Made by a program: the position numbers and the translations under genes. This document shows positions 1 through 9,752 of a stretch of 64,000 nt of DNA, one piece after another (the first letter of the stretch is position 1; the number at the start of each line of letters is the position of its first letter). The stretch spans positions 1-64,000 of the forward strand of contig CAVSHF010000003.1 in assembly GCA_963727805.1 (NCBI GenBank), written 5' to 3'. The notes below the pieces were generated by a model. The model was not told the origin of the DNA, did not search any database, and saw only the letters and a list, made by a program, of their open reading frames with translations. The stretch comes from an uncultured Nitrospiraceae bacterium. GTDB taxonomy: Bacteria > Nitrospirota > Thermodesulfovibrionia > Thermodesulfovibrionales > Dissulfurispiraceae.

Positions 1-167
1 TACTACTTATAATCGCGAGTCCGCTCGTCACGGTACAGATACAATGTTACGACTGGAAATCGGTGGTGACGCCGCATTCATTTAGAATTGATCAGTTAGC
101 GTTGTTGCAACTGCTGCAGATTTCCGAAATGAACCCTTGGTTAACCATTGATCTTTATGCTGCGCTC

Positions 168-2798
168 CTATTTCCGCTCCAATGCCTCGCGCACCTTATA
201 CGCAAGATCATTCATGGAGAACGGTTTCTGCAGGAAGTACACGCCTTCGTCCAACACCCCATGATGAGCGATAACATTGGCCGTATAACCGGAAGTGAAA
301 AGACATTTCAGTCCTGGTTTAATTTCACTGATTAATTTCACCAGTTCCCGTCCGGTCATCTTTGGCATGACGACATCTGTGATCAGCAACTGTATCTCAT
401 CGAGATGAGCTTTAAATTGACGGAGCGCTTCTCCTGGCGAGCTGGCAGTCAGCACCGTATAGCCCAACTCTTCCAACATCGCTTTGCCCACATTCAGAAT
501 CGCCGCCTCGTCCTCCACAAGCAACACTGTCTCCCCGCTTCCTTTGGGAGTTGCCGCGTTGCTTTCGGACGTTGGCTCTATACCTTCCCCCACAAACTGG
601 GGCAGGTAGACTTTGAAAGTTGTACCCACACTGGGTTCGCTATAGACGTTGATGAATCCCTCGTTTTGCTTGACAATGCCATATACTGTGGCCAGCCCCA
701 GTCCCGTGCCCTTTCCCACCTCCTTGGTGGTGAAGAACGGCTCGAAGAGGTGATCAATTACATCTTTGCCCATTCCTGAACCATCATCGCTCACGGCAAG
801 CATCACGTATGCGCCACAGACAAAGCCTTTGTTAACGGCGCAATAGGGCTCATCGAAGGTGATGTTTTCTGTCTCGATAGTGACCTTGCCTACCCCGGCG
901 ATAGCGTCCCGGGCGTTTACGCACAGATTAGCCAGAAGCTGGTCAATTTGTGCAGGGTCAATCTTGACCGGCCATATATCTGTTCCCGGCATCCAGACAA
1001 GATCAATATCCTCACCTATCAGCCGCTGAAGCATCTTCATCATACCCGTCACGCAGTCGTTCAAATCCAGGACTTTCGGCGCAACGGTCTGCCTGCGAGC
1101 AAAGGCTAGCAGTTGCCGGGTGAGGTCAGCTGATCGATTAGCGGCCTCCTGAATTTCCTTAAGATGGGCATTAATTGGCTCCGCCGTATCTACTTGCATC
1201 ATTGCGAGTTCCACGTGGCCAAGGATCACCCCCAACATATTGTTGAAATCGTGGGCCACACCGCCTGCCAATCGCGCCACCGACTCCATCTTCTGCGCCT
1301 GCTGCAGTTGCGCCTGGAGCGCGTTCTTTTCCTCTTCGACTTTCTTGCGATCGGTTATATCAACTCCCACGCCGAGTAAGTATTGCCTTCCATCCAATAC
1401 AGTGAGTCGACCGGTGAAGAAATACGGTATTTGCTCCCCGCTTTTGGTCAGCAAAGGGGCTTCTGCAAATGCCTCTCCCTCAATAAATACGGACTGCACG
1501 CGCGAAACCATATACTGTTTATGTGCTTCTGCGAAGAAATCAACAGGGTGCATGCCGAACAAGTCTTCCCGCGAATAACCTGTCACTTCCTCGTGTTTCT
1601 TGTTCCAACGTACAAGTTTCCCTTCATCATCATACATATAAAATATTCCGGGTAGGGAATTGATGATATGATCAGAAAGGATCCTTTCTCTGGCGATAGT
1701 CTCCTCCCCCCGCTTACGTTCACCCTCCATCTTGTTAAATGCCAGAGAAAGCGTTCCGATTTCATCTTTTGTCTTTATGTTCAGGAGCCTGTCGTCACCT
1801 TTTTTTTGTGGAAGTTCCTCTATATGACGCGTGAAAAGTTCAAGAGGTGTTACTAAATATTTTACGATGTAAGAAATAATAAAAAATATTGCAATGAGCC
1901 CTATAACACTGGCCATTAATAAAGACCGTTCCATCTGTCGAATTGGACGATATGCTTCAGCTTGCGGCGTGTTTGCAGCGAGGATCCAGTTTTTTATCTT
2001 CAGCCTCTTAAAAGAAGCAACTGCCTTAATCCCGTAAGACGTTGTGGTTTCGCCTGTGCCCTCAAACCCGTCCCTTGCCATATCATAAAGCCTGTTTAAG
2101 CCACGAGGCTGAGTGACGAGAATCCTCGTTTTGTCAGGGTGCATAATCATAGTGCCGTCCGAACTATACAGATAAAGATTACCTGTCTCCCCTATTTTTA
2201 CAGTGCCTATTCTCCCCAGGAAGTTGTCTCTCATAAGGTCTATATCGCCGCCTAATATTCCCTCTATTTTGCCCATGCGATCAAAAAGAGGCACCGTGAG
2301 CATGATGGCAGGATGTCTATGCTGCTGTGAGGACAGAAACGGATCAGAGATATATGGTTTTTTTGTTCTAAGGGTGTTTATAATGTACTCGCGGAAAGAA
2401 ATGTCAAATCCCCTTCTGCCCTGAACATATGGTGATTCAACAAATATTTTGCCCGACGGTGTGAATAAGAAAACGTGATTGTCAAACATTATGTGCAAAC
2501 TCGGCATGTTATCAAGAAATGCCTGCGCCTTTTCAGGGTGTTGCATTATGTCTGGAGGAGCAGTTTCTGCAACTGAGACAATGTGCTGTTGAGCCGCCAG
2601 AAGTTTGCTGTCAATTTCATCTGCAAGTATTGAGAGCATTCGAAATTGCTGTTGAGCGATAGTTGTTTCAATGGAATTCTTGTAGTGTGAGAAGGTTAAT
2701 AAGGCAACTGATGCAAGTAGAGTAACAACAAAGGCCGAGACTATCAACGTGAATTTGGTTTTTAATTTCATAACGGAGGCTGGTTCAATGCAAGTCAC
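168..2798 (-). CDS. Membrane hybrid sensor histidine kinase (Cache-HAMP-PAS-HisKA-HATPase-REC)
   Basis: Two TM segments flank a Cache-like region. H-box AGGVAHDFNNML, N-box [27 protein letters not shown]-terminal receiver (LLVEDE...LLITDVVMP...KPF). Start may be ATG 2771. Confidence 0.93.
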   Translation of the reverse strand: MTCIEPASVMKLKTKFTLIVSAFVVTLLASVALLTFSHYKNSIETTIAQQQFRMLSILADEIDSKLLAAQQHIVSVAETAPPDIMQHPEKAQAFLDNMPSLHIMFDNHVFLFTPSGKIFVESPYVQGRRGFDISFREYIINTLRTKKPYISDPFLSSQQHRHPAIMLTVPLFDRMGKIEGILGGDIDLMRDNFLGRIGTVKIGETGNLYLYSSDGTMIMHPDKTRILVTQPRGLNRLYDMARDGFEGTGETTTSYGIKAVASFKRLKIKNWILAANTPQAEAYRPIRQMERSLLMASVIGLIAIFFIISYIVKYLVTPLELFTRHIEELPQKKGDDRLLNIKTKDEIGTLSLAFNKMEGERKRGEETIARERILSDHIINSLPGIFYMYDDEGKLVRWNKKHEEVTGYSREDLFGMHPVDFFAEAHKQYMVSRVQSVFIEGEAFAEAPLLTKSGEQIPYFFTGRLTVLDGRQYLLGVGVDITDRKKVEEEKNALQAQLQQAQKMESVARLAGGVAHDFNNMLGVILGHVELAMMQVDTAEPINAHLKEIQEAANRSADLTRQLLAFARRQTVAPKVLDLNDCVTGMMKMLQRLIGEDIDLVWMPGTDIWPVKIDPAQIDQLLANLCVNARDAIAGVGKVTIETENITFDEPYCAVNKGFVCGAYVMLAVSDDGSGMGKDVIDHLFEPFFTTKEVGKGTGLGLATVYGIVKQNEGFINVYSEPSVGTTFKVYLPQFVGEGIEPTSESNAATPKGSGETVLLVEDEAAILNVGKAMLEELGYTVLTASSPGEALRQFKAHLDEIQLLITDVVMPKMTGRELVKLISEIKPGLKCLFTSGYTANVIAHHGVLDEGVYFLQKPFSMNDLAYKVREALERK

Positions 2799-3139
2799 CG
2801 GTTCTGTCGAAGAATGCGCGGTTCAGCCATCATCCTGACACATTCTGATTTACATTCTTTTCTATCATGAGCATTCTATTTTATATAGATTATTATATAC
2901 CCTTTTGGTCAGATTGTAGTCAATAGAAACCTGTATACTCCCAGCTGAACTCTGCACTATTAAGCACGTATGAAAGGCTTAAACCTGCTTTGTGGTTTCG
3001 CGAATTAACCCCTGAGCACTTACCGCTTTCAGTGCCATAAACATTAACCACAACTTTTCAACAGTTTCGTAAAATACTTTGTTTGTGCTGGTCAATATCT
3101 TCATACTTGTAACCTTTTGATAATCTTGCTCGTCTATGA

Positions 3140-3328
3140 TTTATAGAAGATAAAAGTGCACTGCAGGAAGTTCGTTGGAAAACTGATATGAAACTCGGTT
3201 AGATTCTGACAGAGGAACAAATGAGAGATTACCAAAATCTCTTTGAAGAAAGAAGTGAGAAGTCGCAGAAAGATGATATGCCCCATGGCAACGGTGGTCG
3301 CAGCGGAGGAGGAATGCGTGCATTCTAA
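3140..3328 (+). pseudogene. C-terminal remnant of an LTxxQ-motif (Spy/CpxP-like) periplasmic protein
   Basis: Frame reads EDKSALQEVRWKTDMKLG*ILTEEQMRDYQNLFEER...GGRSGGGMRAF*, with an internal TAG at 3200-3202 and no start codon. Confidence 0.4.
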
Positions 3329-3360
3329 CGGATGTCGCTGAACTAAGGAACGCACGGGCG

Positions 3361-3945
3361 TTGAGGATTAGTGTGAGGAATAATATTCTTTTGACAGGGA
3401 ATCCTTTGGCGGGAAAGACTGCGGTCATAAAGCAGGTGATAGAAAGAATGAACGTGCCTGCAAGCGGCTTTTATATCGAAGAAGCCAGGTCGGGTTCAAG
3501 CAGGGTCGGTTTCGTAATAAGAACCCTTGACGGCAGGGAAGGCTACCTTGCTCATCGCAATATAAAATCCGCTTGCAATATAAGAAAATACGGCGTCGAT
3601 ATTCGAAATATCGAGACTATCGCTGTCCCGTCCATTGTCCCCGTTAAGAAGAATATCCTTGTGCTCGACGGGATCGGGAAGATGGAATGTTTCTCTGAAG
3701 TCTTTAAAGGCGCGGTGACCAAAGCCCTTAACTCATCAAATATTGTCATAGGAACAATTGCCCTTGGAGGGGACGATTTTATCATGGATGTGAGAAGCAG
3801 GGAGGACGTGGAAATTCATGAGGTTACTCAGAATAACAGGAAATTGCTTGCCGAATTCATTCTGAGCAGCATTTCAGATCTTATGATGCATAGCGGGAAA
3901 TATTTTCCGCAGAGGGATCAGCAATTGGAAAATCCTGCCGTATAA
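3361..3945 (+). CDS. THEP1/NTPase_1 family nucleoside triphosphatase
   Basis: ILLTGNPLAGKT Walker A, GFYIEE, RVGF, KYGVD and LDGIGKME motifs typical of the family. Confidence 0.85.
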   Translation: MRISVRNNILLTGNPLAGKTAVIKQVIERMNVPASGFYIEEARSGSSRVGFVIRTLDGREGYLAHRNIKSACNIRKYGVDIRNIETIAVPSIVPVKKNILVLDGIGKMECFSEVFKGAVTKALNSSNIVIGTIALGGDDFIMDVRSREDVEIHEVTQNNRKLLAEFILSSISDLMMHSGKYFPQRDQQLENPAV

Positions 3946-4050
3946 ATATCAGATAACAGATCAATAGCGGAACGGCGATTTAGAGAAATATCTTATTATT
4001 TTAATTAGTTAGTTTTTTAGCTTTTGTCTTTATCATCTACCGAACCTTTC

Positions 4051-4066
4051 TGGCATAAGACTTGCT
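4051..4066 (+). promoter_or_regulatory. sigma54 (-24/-12) promoter
   Basis: TGGCAT-AAGAC-TTGCT matches TGGCAY-N5-TTGCW; lies 45 nt upstream of ATG 4112. Confidence 0.75.
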
Positions 4067-4111
4067 CCTTTTCACTCGGCGTTATAGTTGTCCCGCAAGG
4101 AGGTGAACGAT

Positions 4112-4759
4112 ATGTCCATACAGTCAATCAGCAGCAACTATCAGACTCAGATGAGCTCTGTGAGATCAGATTTCCAGAGTTTCAGCAAGAACGCTAAGGC
4201 GCTTCAGAGTGCTTTGAGTTCGGGGAACCAGGATCAGGTTACGATATCAGAGAATGCCTTGTCAGCATCGCTGGCGCAGCTTACGAGCGACTTCTCCAAT
4301 AATGCGACGGCACAGTCGTCAGCGGGCAGCAGCCAGTCCCAGAGTCCGATGCAGACATTTCAAAATGACCTACAGACACTCCAGAGTGCATTGAGCTCAA
4401 CGAGCAGTGGTCAGACGAGCAACGGTCAGGATACATCCTCCTCAAACACACCAGTGAACACAGCATTGAACAATGTCCTGACTGATCTTTCGAAAATGCA
4501 AAGCCACGGTCACCATCATCACCATCATGGGTCAGGTGGAGTCGGCTTAGGAAGCAGTGCCTCCAGCAGCAGTCAGTCTCAAGATCCAATGTCGACTCTC
4601 CTAAGTGATCTTCAAAACTTACAGAGTACTTTGACTTCGGGGACACAGGGCCAGACTGCTACTACAGCAGTAAACAATGTCCTAAATGACATTTTCAAAT
4701 TTACACAGGGACATTCAGGCAGCGCTAGCAACAGCACGGCTATTAACATTTCAGCGTGA
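4112..4759 (+). CDS. Ser/Gln-rich hypothetical protein with poly-His tract and internal duplication
   Basis: AGGAGGTG RBS before ATG 4112, HGHHHHHHG tract, duplicated SQSQxPMxTxxxDLQxLQSxL and xNNVLxD blocks; flanked by a promoter and a terminator. Confidence 0.8.
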   Translation: MSIQSISSNYQTQMSSVRSDFQSFSKNAKALQSALSSGNQDQVTISENALSASLAQLTSDFSNNATAQSSAGSSQSQSPMQTFQNDLQTLQSALSSTSSGQTSNGQDTSSSNTPVNTALNNVLTDLSKMQSHGHHHHHHGSGGVGLGSSASSSSQSQDPMSTLLSDLQNLQSTLTSGTQGQTATTAVNNVLNDIFKFTQGHSGSASNSTAINISA

Positions 4760-4779
4760 GATAACAAAGCGAACGTATA

Positions 4780-4810
4780 GAGGCGGGGGGTAAGCGATCC
4801 TCTCCGCCTC
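4780..4810 (+). terminator. Stem-loop, probable intrinsic terminator
   Basis: GAGGCGGGGGG...TCTCCGCCTC inverted repeat right after the stop at 4759. Confidence 0.55.
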
Positions 4811-5332
4811 CATACAATGCATGTTGCTATCACTCGGTTGGTCTTTAATCGCTCTCATTGAAGACCGGTCGATCAATGGCCGATTATTTCAACTTGTACG
4901 CATCAGTGTAATCAGGATGCCCCACAGCAAAAAATTACTGTGAGCAGATGAGTGTGCAGCTCGATATTTCTGAATGAATGGTTACTGCACGTAACCTTCG
5001 AATGCAGGAATACTCTGTTTAAAGAAAACACCGAATCAATGTTTCTACCGGTTATCATCGATTTTGCCATCCTGTGCACAGTCGTGATTTTCAGTAGTTA
5101 TCGAGAGCCGACCACCGAGAAGTTATTTTACCTTTAATCGAATATATACGCGACGGCATCGTTTATGACATCATAATCATAAGTTGAGAGACAGAATTGA
5201 TGAGAATTAAAAAAACAGAGAATACACAAAAGACCATAATTAAGATAAGTGGAGTATTGTGATAAACTTGCTGCTTATTATTATATCAGCCTTTATTAGT
5301 CCTCATTGAGTCGCAATGCAACAAAGCCGGCA

Positions 5333-6598
5333 ATGAAATTCTCAGACATTCATAAAGCGATACTGGACAGCATGGGTGAAGGGGTCTATGTCATTGACCG
5401 CGATTTGATCATACTGTACGCAAATCCTGCATCTGTTGAGCTCACAGGATATACAGCTGAAGAATCTGTCGGCCGGCCATGCTATCACATCTTTTGCGAA
5501 CAATCTATCCGCTGCGAAGATATCTGTCCTCCAAAACTGGCGATGAGAGACAAGATGCCGATCCTGCACAAGGAGGCCGAGACGCGAACAAAGGAAGGCG
5601 AGATAAAGCTGACCCAGATATCATTTTCGCCCTTTTATGAAAGCGGGGGTGGAACGTGTAGCGGCGCGGTTATCGTAATTAACGACATCACAGAATTGAG
5701 AAAAGCGGAAGAAAAAATTAAGCAACAGAATATATTTCTGAACACAGTCATCGATGCCATCCCGAACCCCTTCTATGTTATCGACCCGAATAATTATCGT
5801 GTCATTATGGCCAACAAAGCGGCATATCCTGGTGGCGTACCGGAGGGAACAACCTGCCACGTACTGACACACCATAGCATGATACCCTGCAGCAGTGATG
5901 ATCACCCTTGTCCCGTCAATCAAGTCATACTGACTGGCAGGCCAGTCACTATTGAGCACCTCCATTGTGATGATAGCGTTAAATGTCAGGATGTTGAGGT
6001 CCATGCATTTCCTGTTTTCAACAGCGATAATAAAATCCTACAGATTATTGAGTACAGCGTTGATATCTCCGAGCGCAAGCTGGCGGAAAAACGCCTTCAG
6101 GAATTAGCGTACTATGACCAACTTACTGGCATCCCTAACCGCACGCTGCTCTACGATCGCATCAACCGTGCCATGGTGACCGCAAAACGAGAAAATGGAA
6201 AACTGGCCCTGCTGTATCTGGATCTTGACCGATTTAAATCTGTAAATGATCAATTCGGTCATGAGGCTGGGAATATCCTTCTAAAAGAAGCGGCGCTAAG
6301 AATTCTTGCCTGTTTGCGCGAATCAGACACTGTGGGGCGCATCGAGGGGGACGAATTCGCAGTGCTCCTGCCTAGAATTGCCTCGAAGCGTGGTACGATT
6401 GCCCTCGCAGAACGGCTTATTGCTGCACTCTCACAGCCCTTTCAGTGTGCCGCTGCTGAGTGCCGGATAGGTGCAAGCATCGGCATAAGCTTATATCCTG
6501 CCGATGGCGATACTGTCGATGTCCTCTTAGAGAAAGCCGATGCCGCTATGTACTTAGCAAAGGACGAGGGCGCTACTTCTTACCGCTTTTGGGAGTGA
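5333..6598 (+). CDS. PAS-PAS-GGDEF diguanylate cyclase family protein
   Basis: Two PAS domains with C...C..C..CP motifs. YDQLTGIPNR, DLDRFKSVNDQFGHEAGN, RESD I-site; signature reads RIEGDEF. Confidence 0.9.
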   Translation: MKFSDIHKAILDSMGEGVYVIDRDLIILYANPASVELTGYTAEESVGRPCYHIFCEQSIRCEDICPPKLAMRDKMPILHKEAETRTKEGEIKLTQISFSPFYESGGGTCSGAVIVINDITELRKAEEKIKQQNIFLNTVIDAIPNPFYVIDPNNYRVIMANKAAYPGGVPEGTTCHVLTHHSMIPCSSDDHPCPVNQVILTGRPVTIEHLHCDDSVKCQDVEVHAFPVFNSDNKILQIIEYSVDISERKLAEKRLQELAYYDQLTGIPNRTLLYDRINRAMVTAKRENGKLALLYLDLDRFKSVNDQFGHEAGNILLKEAALRILACLRESDTVGRIEGDEFAVLLPRIASKRGTIALAERLIAALSQPFQCAAAECRIGASIGISLYPADGDTVDVLLEKADAAMYLAKDEGATSYRFWE

Positions 6599-6679
6599 CG
6601 GTCTGAACTTTTGCTCGGCTGCTCGCCAACTCTTTTGTGATAGCGCGCTCTCTGCAGTCCGCAGGTTGTGCTGAAACTA

Positions 6680-6713
6680 GTCTGGTAGCTAAGGCTTGTT
6701 GCTGAACCCCAGC
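6680..6713 (-). mobile_element. Orphan group II intron domain VI / 3'-end remnant
   Basis: Minus strand GCTGGGGTTCAGCAACAAGCCTTAGCTACCAGAC aligns to the 3' end of the adjacent intron (GCTAGAGCCTAGTAATAGGTCCAGCTACCAGAC): identical last 11 nt and a GNRA loop. Confidence 0.65.
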
Positions 6714-7001
6714 GACCAGGCAACCTTATTCCTCAAGGAGTCAGATCGAAGTTGTGTAATGAGGAAACAATCTACGACGGGTCAATGATAGTTTTTGTCG
6801 TAAATCACCACATTCCTGGTACCGGTAAAAGTCTGGTAGCTGGACCTATTACTAGGCTCTAGCCCCATAAGAACCGTGCTTGTAAGTTTCCCTACACACG
6901 GCTCAAGCCCTTCATAAGCTGCCTGTTGGCAACCGGTTCCACAACCTCCAACTATCAGCCATGAACTCTTCTCTATGGCGAAGGGCATGCCTCAATCAGA
7001 T

Positions 7002-8474
7002 TCAAGCTTTCCTTCTGGTCAGTCTGTCTCTCAGGTTTGAGGTCGATCGTTCCTCAAAATAAGTTTTAAACTGAGGGTCAAAAGGATTCGCTTCGCCTCT
7101 GATTTTGATATGCCTTTTGATCGGCGTATCTGATGCACATAACAGTGACATCACCATCGGTTTCCCTTTGGAGGGTAGCTTCTCACTGTCTTCAGTCGCA
7201 AAGATCCAGTGTCTGTGACCGGTTGTCTTAAAGTATTTCTCTTTAATCCAAACAGTCCTTTTCTCTGGATGTCTGCGCTTTGCCCATTGCCATAGTGAAC
7301 GCCAAATCTCACTGTCTACATGCACAAAGGCCTCCCTTGCAACGACAGACCTATGGTAATTCGCCCATCCCCTGATGATCGGGTTGAGCATTCTTATCAA
7401 ATTGATCTGTTTCGTAGCCTTGTTATCCTTTATAGCATTCCTGACTTTATCCAGAAAGGCTTTCACATTCTTCTTGGACGGCTTGATCAACAGTTTGCCG
7501 TTGTATTTGCGAATGTTTACACCAAGAAAATCGAAACCTTGATCGATATGCGTGACACTGGTCTTCTCCGGAGAGAGTTCCAGTCCCCTTGCTGAGAGAA
7601 ACTTCTCAACTAGGGGTTTGACTTCCTTTTCCAGCAACTCCTTGGAGTTTCCGGTAATGATAAAGTCATCGGCATACCGAACCATATGAACCTTGGATTG
7701 GTGGCGGAACTTTTTCAGTTCCGCTTCCAATCCATCGAGCGTCATATTAGCCAACGCTGGCGAGATTATCCCTCCTTGTGGAGTTCCCGCTTCTGTCGGG
7801 TAAAGGATTCTTTTGTGAATGTACCCAGCCTTTAACCACTTCAGGAGAATCTTCTTATCCATCGGGATAGTGTCGATTATCCATTCATGGGCGATATTGT
7901 CAAAGCAACCTCTGATGTCGCCTTTAAGTATCCACTTTGCAGATGTTTCTTGTGACAATATTACGAAGCATTGTCCGATAGCATCTTGAGTGGCTCTCTC
8001 CGGTCTGAACCCATATGAGTTCCTGTCCGCCGTGGTTTCCGAAATGGGTTCAAGAGCTAATAGATGCAACGCCTGCATAGCCCTGTCTTTCATCGTCGGA
8101 ATCCCCAACGGACGCATCTTCATGTTGCTTTTTGGAATGTAGACTCTCCTTAACGGAAGGGGTTTATAGCCACGTCTGTTAAGGCTTTTTACTGCGTGAG
8201 ATTTGCTCTGTGGGGTTGACCATAACTGCCTGTCAACTCCCGCTGTTCTTTTGCCTTGGTTCTCAGTAACCCGTTTCACGGCTAATGCCTTGCCAGAAAA
8301 AGAGCTGGTCAGTAGACGTTGCAAGACTTTCACCTTGTTCCATCTGCCTCCCTGCGTCGCCTTTACAATACGCGTTTGCAGCCTCCTTACGTTTCTGATA
8401 CATTGCGCCCATTTAATATCGGGCCATTGTACAGTCCCGTAGGAGGATGCACATACAGCAACAACTGTATTCAT
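7002..8474 (-). CDS. ltrA: Group II intron reverse transcriptase/maturase lacking the HNH endonuclease
   Basis: RVT_N region, RPLGIPT..DR, SYGFRP, GDIRGCFDNI, GTPQGGIISP, YADD, GFDFLG, domain X LNPIIRGWANY; ends after ANPFDP. Confidence 0.95.
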   Translation of the reverse strand: MNTVVAVCASSYGTVQWPDIKWAQCIRNVRRLQTRIVKATQGGRWNKVKVLQRLLTSSFSGKALAVKRVTENQGKRTAGVDRQLWSTPQSKSHAVKSLNRRGYKPLPLRRVYIPKSNMKMRPLGIPTMKDRAMQALHLLALEPISETTADRNSYGFRPERATQDAIGQCFVILSQETSAKWILKGDIRGCFDNIAHEWIIDTIPMDKKILLKWLKAGYIHKRILYPTEAGTPQGGIISPALANMTLDGLEAELKKFRHQSKVHMVRYADDFIITGNSKELLEKEVKPLVEKFLSARGLELSPEKTSVTHIDQGFDFLGVNIRKYNGKLLIKPSKKNVKAFLDKVRNAIKDNKATKQINLIRMLNPIIRGWANYHRSVVAREAFVHVDSEIWRSLWQWAKRRHPEKRTVWIKEKYFKTTGHRHWIFATEDSEKLPSKGKPMVMSLLCASDTPIKRHIKIRGEANPFDPQFKTYFEERSTSNLRDRLTRRKA

Positions 8475-8754
8475 TTGCTTTTCCTCCTTCGAAGGTTCTG
8501 TAAACTATCTTGTAAAGAAGGACCAGGTAGAAGTCTGCCTGCTTTCGCATAGGATGATGTCGCTTTCGCTCAATCCTTATCCGACCCGCTACAGGTCGGC
8601 GTTCGCTTTCTCTACCGTCCCATGCCCACACCCCCACAGGCTTCCCTTGCGGGTTGCTTTCCCTTTCGGGAGAGATATGGGTTTGACAAGTTCCGCACAA
8701 GTAACACTGACGGGTTAGACTCTGCCTTTCCTCCGATAGCTGTTATGTCCGTGT

Positions 8755-8832
8755 AATCCCACATCGAACGGGATTAAACCAGCTATACACCTTTTGGTTC
8801 AAGCCTGATCAGCACCTTTGGCTTGTCTGAAA
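8755..8832 (-). other. Predicted exon-binding sites EBS1 (8762-8767, UCGAUG) and EBS2 (8827-8832, UUUCAG) of the intron
   Basis: EBS1 lies in the loop of the AAUCCC/GGGAUU stem. Both sites are complementary to the 5' exon CTGAAA-GT-TATCGA (9088-9075). Confidence 0.7.
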
Positions 8833-9449
8833 TCACGAAGTTTATCAGCAGTTCACCTATGTTAGTCATACCATCAAGCCCGACACCTTATCCGCCTTGG
8901 TGCTGGCAGATATCTCATTGCCTCACGGCTTTGATTAGACCTTTGCAGGTCAGGTTATCCTTTTCCTGCCCGCACTTTATTCAGGGCAGTAGACTACGCC
9001 TAACGGAATAGACGGTCCCCTAATCACAATGCTTCGTGATTCGAGACAATTACTTGTGCAACCTCATGTCGCACTCGATAACTTTCAGTAGGAGGCATTA
9101 CAATCAATTCGCGGAGACTTGCATATTTCTCACCGATCAAAATCTTATGTTTTATCGGGCTTCCTCTTCAGAACTTTTAACCCATATGGACAGACTGCTG
9201 AACAAATTCCGCAGTTATGTCCTTTGTGATATTGAAAGTATTGTTCCTTTTTCCATTTATCACATACCTGAACATCCAGTATCTCTTCACGCGGCAATTC
9301 TGGATGCCATGCATTACCTTTCAATGCTTTTGCAGGACATGCCTCCACGCAGCGGGTACAACGACCGCAGAAGTTTCTCTCTATGAAGTTCCCCCGAAAT
9401 GACGGACACCCCGAAAGGTTAGGTAAAATATAACCTTGGGAGGTGTCAA

Positions 9450-9752
9450 ATGCAGGAACGTGGTAGAAGAAGGAAGTACGACAAGCAGTTCAAGGAAGAA
9501 GCAGTCAAGCTTGTAACAGAGGGTGGCAGGACAGTAGTTGATGTAGCCGGGAGTCTTGGGATCCATGAGAATCTGTTACACACATGGAAACGGCAGCACA
9601 AGGAAGATCCGGCTGGCAGCTTTCCTGGTAAGGGGCATCAGAAGACCCAGGATGAAGAGCTACGCAGACTGCAGAAAGAGAACGCCAGTTTGAAAGAGGA
9701 TAAAGAAATCCTAAAAAAAGCGTTGGCCATCTTCTCAAAACACCCCAAATGA
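9450..9752 (+). CDS. IS3-family transposase OrfA (HTH)
   Basis: RRKYDKQFKEEAVKL...HTH...EILKKALAIF. A-rich slippery site CTAAAAAAAG near 9711-9720; ATGA overlap with OrfB. Confidence 0.93.
   Translation: MQERGRRRKYDKQFKEEAVKLVTEGGRTVVDVAGSLGIHENLLHTWKRQHKEDPAGSFPGKGHQKTQDEELRRLQKENASLKEDKEILKKALAIFSKHPK

Larger units (their letters stand above)
6831..9074 (-). mobile_element. Group II intron (probably IIB/chloroplast-like class), 2244 nt
   Basis: 5' end GTGCGAC at 9074, domain V GAGCCGTGTGTAGGGAAACTTACAAGCACGGTTC, domain VI ending ...CTACCAGAC at 6831. Encodes an RT. Joined flanks regenerate a sequence seen uninterrupted at 37773-37810. Confidence 0.93.

Noticed and set aside
3200..3202. 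In-frame TAG as pyrrolysine readthrough
   Set aside because: The fragment lacks a start and N-terminus, and no pyl genes are in the window. Simple decay is more likely.
7002..8474. RT as part of a retron, DGR or defence system
   Set aside because: Canonical group II intron boundaries, DV/DVI and a maturase domain are present. No TR/VR pair or msr-msd was seen.
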